Positions 33,494 to 40,844 of a stretch of 50,144 nucleotides of DNA are shown in pieces. The first letter of the stretch is position 1; each line of letters begins with the position of its first letter. Under the pieces are notes generated by a model. The model had not been told where the DNA came from. It did no database searches and worked only from the letters and a program-made list of their open reading frames with translations. The translations under genes and the position numbers were made by a program. Origin of the DNA: Patescibacteria group bacterium (GTDB lineage: Bacteria; Patescibacteriota; Minisyncoccia; Phycocordibacterales; VMEP01); contig JBBTQM010000016.1 in assembly GCA_038065675.1 (NCBI GenBank), forward strand, positions 1 to 50,144. Reading direction: 5' to 3'.

Positions 33494-34006
33494 CTACTTC
33501 GCCCGCTCTATGACTATGCTCATCCCCTTTGGTCCGCGCTTGTAACCGTCGGCAATCTTATAATTTTCACTTATGAGCTTTAAAATTCTGTTGAGCCGCT
33601 CTTTCAAGAAAGCTTCCTCCATATATTTTGCCCGTCCGGCGAGGAAAAGCTCTATTTTAATTCTGTGCCCGTCTTTAAGCCAAGCGGAAGCGCTTTTTGC
33701 CTTGATTCCCAAATCGTGCTCGGAAGTGCCGATTTTAACCTGAACGCTTTTTATCTCAGTTTGATGAGAATGAGCTTTCATTTTTTTCTGCTTTTTATTT
33801 TGTTCGTACTGGAACTTGCCGAAATCGGCGATTTTGGCGATAGGGGGAGTCGCCCCGGGGGATATTTCTATAAGATCAAGGCTTGATTCTTTAGCCAACT
33901 GCAAGGCTTTTTGAAGTGGGATCAAGCCAAGGTTGTTGCCGTCGCTACCGATGACGCGGAGTTCGCTCGCTCTGATTTGTTCGTTGATTCTTATTTTTGC
34001 CGACAA
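33494..34006 (-). CDS. infC: Translation initiation factor IF-3 (TTG start)
   Basis: 170 aa. RINEQIRASELRVIGSDGNNLG N-domain and a C-domain. The start codon is TTG at 34006, consistent with the non-ATG starts typical of infC. Confidence 0.93.
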   Translation of the reverse strand: MSAKIRINEQIRASELRVIGSDGNNLGLIPLQKALQLAKESSLDLIEISPGATPPIAKIADFGKFQYEQNKKQKKMKAHSHQTEIKSVQVKIGTSEHDLGIKAKSASAWLKDGHRIKIELFLAGRAKYMEEAFLKERLNRILKLISENYKIADGYKRGPKGMSIVIERAK

Positions 34007-34050
34007 GGATTTATTCTTCAGTTTAAAGGTTTTTAAATTGTTTGTTTTTA

Positions 34051-35004
34051 TTATTGGATTTCCCCCGCTTGCCCGTTATCTCTTTCTTCCAAAGAGCGTA
34101 TTTTTTCCCCGATGTTCTTTTGTATTTTTTCCAGCTCAACAAGCATGCCGAAAATTTCTTCAATTTTTTGGTTTTCTATGCCTAAAACAGACCTTTTAGA
34201 TTTAATATTCAAGACTGCTGCGTTTAATTCTTTTATTTCCGCGCTCGAAGCGTTAAGATTGCGTATTTTTCTTTCAATACGCGCCGTTTCTATATCTACC
34301 TTTTTTACCAGAAGAGGCAAATTGGAAATATTTTCAAAAACCTTAAGGCTGTCAGATAGAACTTCCAGTTTTTTATCGGCTGTTTGGAGGTAAAGGGTAA
34401 GGGCGCTTTCGGCGTCGCCTTTTGTAGCCAGATCTTTTGCGGTCAAAAACGCTTCGTTTACCGCATTTAACAGTGATTGCAAAATAAGTGATATCCCCCC
34501 CGTTCCGTCTTCGCGCTTCCCCGCTTTTTTCTTGGCGCGTTCAAACTGTCGCGTTAAGCTCTTTATTTCTTTTTCGGCGTCTTTGGCGACATTTTGCCAT
34601 TCCGTTATAACGGAAATTCCCGGAATGATGGCGGTATTTAAATGTTCAGCCCCTTTTTCAATTTCCTCAATCATTAAAGCGATGTTTGGCTCGTCGCCGG
34701 ATGTTTTTACAAAAGAATCAGTTACTTCCATCAGGGAATTTAAAGAAGATTCATATTCCGAAGAAACTGCGCCACCTCTCGCCTTAATGCGGTCAATAGT
34801 TCGTTTGATTTGATTGGCAGCGCGAAAAATATCCCGGGCGCGTTGTTTTGCCTGGCGTATATCGATTGCCCCACCTTGGCTCCTTTCTTCCGAGGTTTTT
34901 ACGGAAGAAGGAGGCTCAATTGCCGCTATTTCCAGGGCCGTGGCGGTTTTGGCAGAGAAAGAAAACAAAATTACCGCAGTCAATATGTATATATATTTCA
35001 ACAT
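34051..35004 (-). CDS. Secreted coiled-coil hypothetical protein
   Basis: Start taken at the ATG at 35004 (MLKYIYILTAVILFSFSAKTATA signal). The rest is heptad-like helical sequence. Confidence 0.65.
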   Translation of the reverse strand: MLKYIYILTAVILFSFSAKTATALEIAAIEPPSSVKTSEERSQGGAIDIRQAKQRARDIFRAANQIKRTIDRIKARGGAVSSEYESSLNSLMEVTDSFVKTSGDEPNIALMIEEIEKGAEHLNTAIIPGISVITEWQNVAKDAEKEIKSLTRQFERAKKKAGKREDGTGGISLILQSLLNAVNEAFLTAKDLATKGDAESALTLYLQTADKKLEVLSDSLKVFENISNLPLLVKKVDIETARIERKIRNLNASSAEIKELNAAVLNIKSKRSVLGIENQKIEEIFGMLVELEKIQKNIGEKIRSLEERDNGQAGEIQ

Positions 35005-35107
35005 TATTGCGCCTTTCCGTGTCCGAATTGGCACCTCACCACTATAGCGCATTTCATGCCGATAGTGAAGTGGACAAAAAAGACGATTTTTTGGTTATAA
35101 TAGGCAA

Positions 35108-36055
35108 ATGTTTGGAAATAACGGGAGAAAAAATTCATTTTATATAGGCTTAGTGGCCGTATTTTTTGCCGGCTTTTTCTTTTATGAATGGCTCCAAGAA
35201 GTAAGAATAAATAAAAAAATAGATTCATTGCGGACGGAACTTTTAGGGCCGCAGGCGGCGCTTGAGAAAGAATCAAAATCTCAGCAAAGCGACATTATTT
35301 CCCTCAAAGAAATGGTTAATAGAGAGCAGGTTATAAAAAAATCGCAGGACGAACTCCTTACCGCGGCGGTGGCGAAAGCCACCCCGGCGGTTGTTTCCAT
35401 AGTGGTTTCCAAAGACGTGCCGAAACTGGAAGTCGTGTATGTTAATCCGTTTGGCGAAGACCCATACTTCAAAGATTTCGGATTTCAAGTTCCCGTTTAT
35501 AAGCAGAAAGGAGTTGAGAGGCAAAAAGTCGGCGCCGGAACCGGATTTTTGGTAACCGGGGACGGTTACATTATTACCAACAAGCATGTGGTTCTCGATA
35601 CCGAAGCGCAATATACAGTATTGCTTTCAAACGGGCGACAAGAAAATGCAACCGTTGTATACAGAGACCCGAAATACGATATTGCCATCGTCAAAATCTC
35701 GGGTGTGGGATATAAAGCGGTTACCATTGGTGATTCGGGCAAGCTGAAACTCGGCCAGACTGTTGTCGCAATCGGAAACGCGCTCGGACAATACAGCAAT
35801 TCAGTTTCAGTAGGGATTGTCTCCGGCTTAAACAGAAATATAAGCGCTTCGACTGGCGCCGGGGCGGAAGAACTCACCGGTGTTATTCAAACAGATGCCG
35901 CCATCAACCCCGGGAATTCCGGCGGGCCACTTCTTGATTTGGAGGGCGATGTCGTTGGTGTCAATGTTGCCACGGTTATCGGTTCAAGCAATATAAGTTT
36001 TTCCATACCGATTGACTCTGTGTTGGAATCAATCAAAAAAGTTATTTCTTTTTGA
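35108..36055 (+). CDS. HtrA/DegP-family trypsin-like serine protease without PDZ domain
   Basis: N-terminal TM helix. Catalytic triad contexts ITNKHVV, DIAIVKI and NPGNSGGPLLD. Confidence 0.88.
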   Translation: MFGNNGRKNSFYIGLVAVFFAGFFFYEWLQEVRINKKIDSLRTELLGPQAALEKESKSQQSDIISLKEMVNREQVIKKSQDELLTAAVAKATPAVVSIVVSKDVPKLEVVYVNPFGEDPYFKDFGFQVPVYKQKGVERQKVGAGTGFLVTGDGYIITNKHVVLDTEAQYTVLLSNGRQENATVVYRDPKYDIAIVKISGVGYKAVTIGDSGKLKLGQTVVAIGNALGQYSNSVSVGIVSGLNRNISASTGAGAEELTGVIQTDAAINPGNSGGPLLDLEGDVVGVNVATVIGSSNISFSIPIDSVLESIKKVISF

Positions 36056-36071
36056 GTTTTTTATTTGATGT

Positions 36072-36216
36072 GGAGATGGGATCGCCTACAAGTTTTTCCT
36101 CGCCGCCGCTCGGAAAACTCGCAGGCCGCCCCTCGCGGTTTCGTTTGCTAACGAAACAACGCTACGGTCTTCGATTCCCCCACGCGAGCAAAGCAGTTTG
36201 CTCGCTCATCTCCACC
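36072..36216 (+). ncRNA. tmRNA-like relic or candidate small RNA, in the opposite orientation to ssrA
   Basis: The 5' GGAGATGGGATCGCCTACAAG resembles the ssrA 5' end GGGGATGATCGGCATAGACAG. The 3' TTCGATTCCCCC-[25-nt palindromic insert]-CATCTCCACC equals the ssrA T-loop/acceptor 3' strand. GGAGATG/CATCTCC forms a perfect 7-bp acceptor-like stem, but the T-stem 5' strand is degenerate. Confidence 0.4.
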
Positions 36217-36227
36217 GAAAAAACAAA

Positions 36228-36254
36228 AGCTCCCTTGCGGGAGCTAATGTTTTT
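36228..36254 (+). terminator. Intrinsic terminator after the tmRNA-like relic
   Basis: AGCTCCC, loop TTGC, GGGAGCT, then AATGTTTTT. Confidence 0.55.
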
Positions 36255-36491
36255 AAATCGGTGGAGATTACTACACGATGTTAGAACCTCCATCATTGAA
36301 TCACCAGATATGAATTTCCTTAAGGTGGTAGATGGTTGGGTGGACCTTCCAGCCATCCTCCGAGAGCTACGTACACCATCCATTAGAACCAATAGGTAGG
36401 TATATGATCGTTAACAACATTCACGACGTTAACTGAACGTAATGAATGAGGTGAATGTCTAGGAAAGAGTACTCAGGTACAATGGCCTCAT

Positions 36492-36899
36492 ATGGCAGTA
36501 GAGGTAGATAAAGAAGCCAAGTGTGGAGGGTGTGGTGCCACCCTAGATGAGCAATACAATCTCCCTTTGGAAGCTCGAACGCCTTGCCCTAAATGTGGGT
36601 CTCTAATTCGCGCCCTAAGGATAAGTATTTCCGAGACTGTCGAAGTACACGATTCTCTGAGGTTGGCGCATAAGGACTCTGATGGCAAGAAGCTTGCCCA
36701 GATTCAATCTGGTGATGACCTCCATAGAGATACCAATACTTGGAGAGTACTCGAACGAGTAATTGATTGGAGTAAGAAGTGGTATACCGAAACAATCAAA
36801 GACCGTACCACTGGAGAAGTTATAAGCCACACCAGTGAAGACCTGCGCGCACATACTGGACACGGCGCAGCAAAACCTAAAGACACTAGAGATTCCTGA
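36492..36899 (+). CDS. Hypothetical protein with N-terminal zinc ribbon (135 aa)
   Basis: CGGCGATLDEQYNLPLEARTPCPKCGS provides CxxC...CxxC. First gene of a three-gene plus-strand block. Confidence 0.6.
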   Translation: MAVEVDKEAKCGGCGATLDEQYNLPLEARTPCPKCGSLIRALRISISETVEVHDSLRLAHKDSDGKKLAQIQSGDDLHRDTNTWRVLERVIDWSKKWYTETIKDRTTGEVISHTSEDLRAHTGHGAAKPKDTRDS

Positions 36900-37680
36900 T
36901 GGATACAGCTACTATAGGTGGGTGAACACCACTCTAGAATCCATATCCTTTGATTACTCAGACGCTGACAAAGCACTCTTTGAGAATGGCCAAGATGCTC
37001 ACTGGCAGCATATTGAGGAGTACTACGTAACTCTTAGGGCAAGGTGTGTAGACGAACTAAAAATATCTGAAAGTGGCACTCATAAGGCATGGATAAGCCA
37101 GAGGGTAGAGATGCATATGGTGACATCCATCATGCGTCTCCTTTACTTAACCGAATCCTTTAGGGATGCTTCCGTCAAATTTAATGCCACCGCCGCTGCC
37201 GTTCACATAAAGGCGATGGTGGAAGTACCTTTCCATTTGGGATATCTGCTCTGGATTCTGTGTACCCATAAAAAATTTGAGGAAATGAAAGCAGAGCTGG
37301 CTAAAGTAGCTTGGGGAATTCAAGATGCAGATACCGGTCTGACAGGCAAAGCAAACATAACTCAAAAGGATTTCTACACACATGCAGATGAGATGATTGA
37401 AAAACATTTTAAAGATGAGCCTTCCACAATAAAGATATTCAAGACAATCTATAAAGAGGCCAATGCTTTTGGCCACCATAACTTTGAGGGGAGAAACGCG
37501 CTGGTGGGTGTGCAAAAAGGAGACACTTGGAAACCTAAGGATAGGAAAGAGTGGTTTATTTTCATGACAAGCAATATCTTTCAAGTCTTTCTGTACGCAG
37601 GCACAATCCTGAGTATGTCTTCCTTCTTTGTGAATGCCATAGATCACTACTTAGCAGAGTTACCAGATAATTTTGCATAA
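36835..37680 (+). CDS. Hypothetical helical protein (about 260-281 aa), paralogue of the next gene; start uncertain
   Basis: The track start is a GTG that overlaps the upstream gene by 65 nt, and there is no in-frame ATG until much later. The segment SFRDASVKFNATAAAVHIKAMVEVPFHLGYLLW aligns with ALRDVDHLASSEGAGPNILDLTRKMIEHGISIEYMLW of the next ORF. Confidence 0.55.
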   Translation: MKTCAHILDTAQQNLKTLEIPDGYSYYRWVNTTLESISFDYSDADKALFENGQDAHWQHIEEYYVTLRARCVDELKISESGTHKAWISQRVEMHMVTSIMRLLYLTESFRDASVKFNATAAAVHIKAMVEVPFHLGYLLWILCTHKKFEEMKAELAKVAWGIQDADTGLTGKANITQKDFYTHADEMIEKHFKDEPSTIKIFKTIYKEANAFGHHNFEGRNALVGVQKGDTWKPKDRKEWFIFMTSNIFQVFLYAGTILSMSSFFVNAIDHYLAELPDNFA

Positions 37681-37685
37681 ACTAT

Positions 37686-38447
37686 ATGGAGGAGAAACTA
37701 AAGAAGTTGATGGAGAGGACATTGATAGCCACCAAACCGCTAGCAGACGCAGCTCCTGTAGGTGACACAAAGTTTTTAATAGTACTGCTCGGCATATACC
37801 GAATCTCTTTCACTGCCTTAAGAGATGTTGACCACCTCGCTTCCAGTGAGGGAGCTGGTCCAAATATATTGGATCTAACAAGAAAAATGATTGAGCACGG
37901 TATCTCCATTGAATACATGCTCTGGAAGGGTAAGGAGGAAATGGCAGCCCGATTTCAGGATTACCTAACCGTTCAAATGCATGAGGAATTGGAACTTCTT
38001 AAATCTGTGGGCTTTGACCCTCAGAGTTTAAGTGCCGAGCTCCAGATTGGAGTTGAGGATACTGAAAAGGCATACAACGCACTTCCTAGTGGCACAAAGA
38101 AAGATAAGAATTGGGCAGGTGTGAATTTTGAGAAGATGTTGCAAGACCTTACTGCCGCAGGAGTTATTGAAGCGGCAGACTCGCCAAGACTATTATCTGC
38201 CTATGTGTGGGGTTGCCGATTAAACCATCCCAATCCTTTCATGACACATGCCTACCTAGAACCAAAGGAGATGGAGGTTGCAAATACATTCACACTGCGG
38301 TTAGGTATGATAATGGCACTTGCGGTGCACCTACGTCTTACCACCAGACTGATTGATGAGTCTCGTTTTGCGGCTGGTTCAAACATCTACCCTGAAGTAG
38401 CGGCCGATGTTACCGCGATTCAGAACGATCTCAGTTCTGTGGCCTAG
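37686..38447 (+). CDS. Hypothetical helical protein (253 aa) with an RxxxxH motif
   Basis: All-helical. RKMIEH (Rx4H) sits in a conserved-looking helix. Possibly DUF5677/HEPN-like (recollection only, low certainty). Confidence 0.6.
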   Translation: MEEKLKKLMERTLIATKPLADAAPVGDTKFLIVLLGIYRISFTALRDVDHLASSEGAGPNILDLTRKMIEHGISIEYMLWKGKEEMAARFQDYLTVQMHEELELLKSVGFDPQSLSAELQIGVEDTEKAYNALPSGTKKDKNWAGVNFEKMLQDLTAAGVIEAADSPRLLSAYVWGCRLNHPNPFMTHAYLEPKEMEVANTFTLRLGMIMALAVHLRLTTRLIDESRFAAGSNIYPEVAADVTAIQNDLSSVA

Positions 38448-39426
38448 ATAGCCACTTAGTAACAGTTTTTGCTGCTTCGTTTGTGAGAGCAGTATATTGC
38501 TCTTCTCCTCCAAAGACCTCTGGATTTAATGGCTGCCGCTTTGTGTTTATCTCGTGGATTGTTTTAAGCACTGTCATTTTTAGTGCTCCTGTCTCAACGA
38601 CAAGTTCGGTCATCCCTTGTTTTTCCTTCTCTGACATCTCATTTGGGTTCACCCCGTTCCTGTCTACGACATTAGTGGCAAATTTTGCATCAAGTGCAAA
38701 TTCCTTTACTAGCAAATCGGTTCTGCTGATGGATGCATTAAACAAGTCTTTTGATAGAGTTGTCCATTCATCATTCGGTGATGCTTCAGTATTCTCTGTG
38801 CCCTCACTCGCGGCTGCAACTAATGCATTGGACTTTTCGGATGCTGCGGCAAAGACCTCAAGACCCTCCTGTAACTCCTGTTGCAGTCTCTTTATGCCTC
38901 CAACGAGCATCTCTTTTGTAGCCCCGACAAGTTTCAGAATCTCATGTGCAATTCTAAGCGCTTCTTTAGGATCTGTAGAAGCAAGCATTGTCTTAGTCGC
39001 CTTATCCAGTTGGACATGGTAGTCACTCTCAGGGTCACTCTTATTTTCGTAGAAGGAAAATAAGACTTCCTGTTGGAAAAATAATGTTTCGACGACACGT
39101 TGCGCTTCAATAACATCGTTCATGATGTCGTGCGCGTGATAGAGACCCTCCATGGTCTCTACATGCTTCTTTCCCTCATCGTCCATTTTACTCATCATGA
39201 GTTCAAGAATGGTCTTATACATCTGTTTCCATGCAAGTTGCTGGTCCGTCAAATCGTCCTCATCTTTACTAAGGTTGGTGCGCTCACGAATGTATCTGTA
39301 CAGCTCGAAGAGGTCACTGAGTTTCATGCCTTCGCCATATGCAGCCATTTTGTCGGTAACCTCCTGTCTCACCCTAGAGAGGGTAGGTTCGTAGTCATCT
39401 CTATAACGTATTTTCTTGGAGGTCAT
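38431..39426 (-). CDS. Hypothetical acidic helical protein (331 aa), co-transcribed with the XRE regulator
   Basis: Its ATG overlaps the stop of the upstream HTH gene (ATGA at 39423-39426). No recognisable motif. Confidence 0.6.
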   Translation of the reverse strand: MTSKKIRYRDDYEPTLSRVRQEVTDKMAAYGEGMKLSDLFELYRYIRERTNLSKDEDDLTDQQLAWKQMYKTILELMMSKMDDEGKKHVETMEGLYHAHDIMNDVIEAQRVVETLFFQQEVLFSFYENKSDPESDYHVQLDKATKTMLASTDPKEALRIAHEILKLVGATKEMLVGGIKRLQQELQEGLEVFAAASEKSNALVAAASEGTENTEASPNDEWTTLSKDLFNASISRTDLLVKEFALDAKFATNVVDRNGVNPNEMSEKEKQGMTELVVETGALKMTVLKTIHEINTKRQPLNPEVFGGEEQYTALTNEAAKTVTKWLSRPQN

Positions 39427-39644
39427 GATTTTAGAAAGTAGTTAATTTGCTTATTGTAAATCCTTGCGAAACGTTGGAGTTCCACTACATCTACCCTTTG
39501 TTGGCCTGACTCCACGTTGGAGATATGGGACTGAGGTCTACCCAGCTTCTTAGCCACCTGTACCTGTGTCAGTCCAGCTTCCTCACGAGCCTTCCTTAGA
39601 CGCTCAATAAAGTAGGCATACTCCTTTGTCTGGACTGACTTCAT
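39423..39644 (-). CDS. XRE/Cro-CI-family helix-turn-helix regulator
   Basis: LTQVQVAKKLGRPQSHISNVESGQQRVDVVEL is a classical HTH_3 signature. I prefer the ATG at 39644 to the TTG at 39671 used by the ORF track. Confidence 0.85.
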   Translation of the reverse strand: MKSVQTKEYAYFIERLRKAREEAGLTQVQVAKKLGRPQSHISNVESGQQRVDVVELQRFARIYNKQINYFLKS

Positions 39645-39670
39645 ACTTACAGGCTGTATCCAAGAAGTCA

Positions 39671-39689
39671 ATATCCAAAGTTTGGATAT
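39671..39689. promoter_or_regulatory. Candidate operator palindrome in the divergent promoter region
   Basis: ATATCCAAA-G-TTTGGATAT, a perfect 9-bp inverted repeat between the XRE gene and the divergent 39734 gene. TATAAT at 39695-39700. Confidence 0.55.
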
Positions 39690-39733
39690 TTGTATATAAT
39701 CAATTCCGTATCATAAAAACCACTGAAAACGAT

Positions 39734-40156
39734 ATGGCACAGAAAATCAAACTTGGATTTGTCGCAGTTCTGTTTATTATCATGTTAGCTATAGCTATCC
39801 CTGCTTTGTTTGATTCTCGCGTGCAGTCAGCGCCAGTACAGACCGTACAGACTCCCACTGTTCGTGAGTACTCAAATGCTGAGGTCTATGCGATGGCAGA
39901 AACGATCATCTCTCCGTATCTCAAGGCACCCTCGACAGCTAAGTTCCCAAGCATGTCAGAGGTAAAGATCTCTCGACTGGAAAATGATGGATTCCGTGTT
40001 GATGGTTATGTGGATTCTCAAAATAGTTTTGGTGCCATGCTCCGCAGTCCATTCACTACAATCTTTCAATACAGCAGCTCCAGTGATAAAGCAGATATAT
40101 ACGCAGTGGTGCTCGATGGGGAAACCTTGCTAAAGAGGACGCCGAACGGCCAATAA
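39734..40156 (+). CDS. Small exported/anchored hypothetical protein (140 aa)
   Basis: Start taken at the ATG at 39734 (MAQKIKLGFVAVLFIIMLAIAIPALF). It is followed by two hairpins, including the terminator ATATCGCCCA, loop GAGT, TGGGCGATAT plus T-run (40270-40299). Confidence 0.6.
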   Translation: MAQKIKLGFVAVLFIIMLAIAIPALFDSRVQSAPVQTVQTPTVREYSNAEVYAMAETIISPYLKAPSTAKFPSMSEVKISRLENDGFRVDGYVDSQNSFGAMLRSPFTTIFQYSSSSDKADIYAVVLDGETLLKRTPNGQ

Positions 40157-40486
40157 GACATACGCTGAGGGTACTCCAGCCCCCTCTGAGGCACGCGAAT
40201 AGGATACCGTGTGGTTTCCACCATTTACCTATAAAGGAGGTGCGCCTCGTGCCCTCGGCGCACCGAATGATATCGCCCAGAGTTGGGCGATATTTTTTTG
40301 CTATGTCAATGCCTTTTATTTAAGCCACGAAAAAGCATGGAGTTTGCCATATATGTCGGTATTCATTCTTGTCCACAGCCCCGCGCGAGCGTGGAAGGTG
40401 TAGCATCGAAATCAAACCCTATACCCAAGTCGTGATGTTCGCAGCGCACGCAAACTTATCAGCTCACGCAAGTTTGCACATGAAAA

Positions 40487-40666
40487 ATGGCACCAAGCTC
40501 AGAGGGGCTAGTTCTATTCGCGCGGCTCTTTAAACAAGAATTCGCCGAGGAACTTACTCCAGAAGAAGTCGAGCAACAAGCTCGCACGCTCCTGAATCTC
40601 TACATAGCTATCTACCGCACTCCGCTGGAGGTATCAGAGGTTCAAAAATTATTCGACTCAGATTAG
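40487..40666 (+). CDS. Small hypothetical protein (59 aa), below the ORF-track cutoff
   Basis: My own translation: MAPSSEGLVLFARLFKQEFAEELTPEEVEQQARTLLNLYIAIYRTPLEVSEVQKLFDSD*. Co-directional with and adjacent to the next ORFs. Confidence 0.4.
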   Translation: MAPSSEGLVLFARLFKQEFAEELTPEEVEQQARTLLNLYIAIYRTPLEVSEVQKLFDSD

Positions 40667-40670
40667 AAAT

Positions 40671-40844
40671 ATGCATTCACTACTTACACCGCATCCAACG
40701 ATGAGCGACGAAGCCCTCCGCGCAAAGGAAGGCCAGCTCAACGTTCAGGTCATACTCCGAGAAATGGAGTTGAAAAAATTGAAGAAAGAGCTCGCAGAGG
40801 TTCGCAATTTTATCAGCATAAACATCTGGCGTTATGGAATCTAG
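40671..40844 (+). CDS. Small coiled-coil hypothetical protein (57 aa), below the ORF-track cutoff
   Basis: My own translation: MHSLLTPHPTMSDEALRAKEGQLNVQVILREMELKKLKKELAEVRNFISINIWRYGI*. It overlaps the start of the ATPase gene by 11 nt, which suggests translational coupling. Confidence 0.4.
   Translation: MHSLLTPHPTMSDEALRAKEGQLNVQVILREMELKKLKKELAEVRNFISINIWRYGI

Noticed and set aside
36052-36399. 115-aa ORF at the left island border.
   Set aside because: It overlaps the htrA-like stop codon, the tmRNA-like relic and a terminator hairpin. Its composition is not protein-like.
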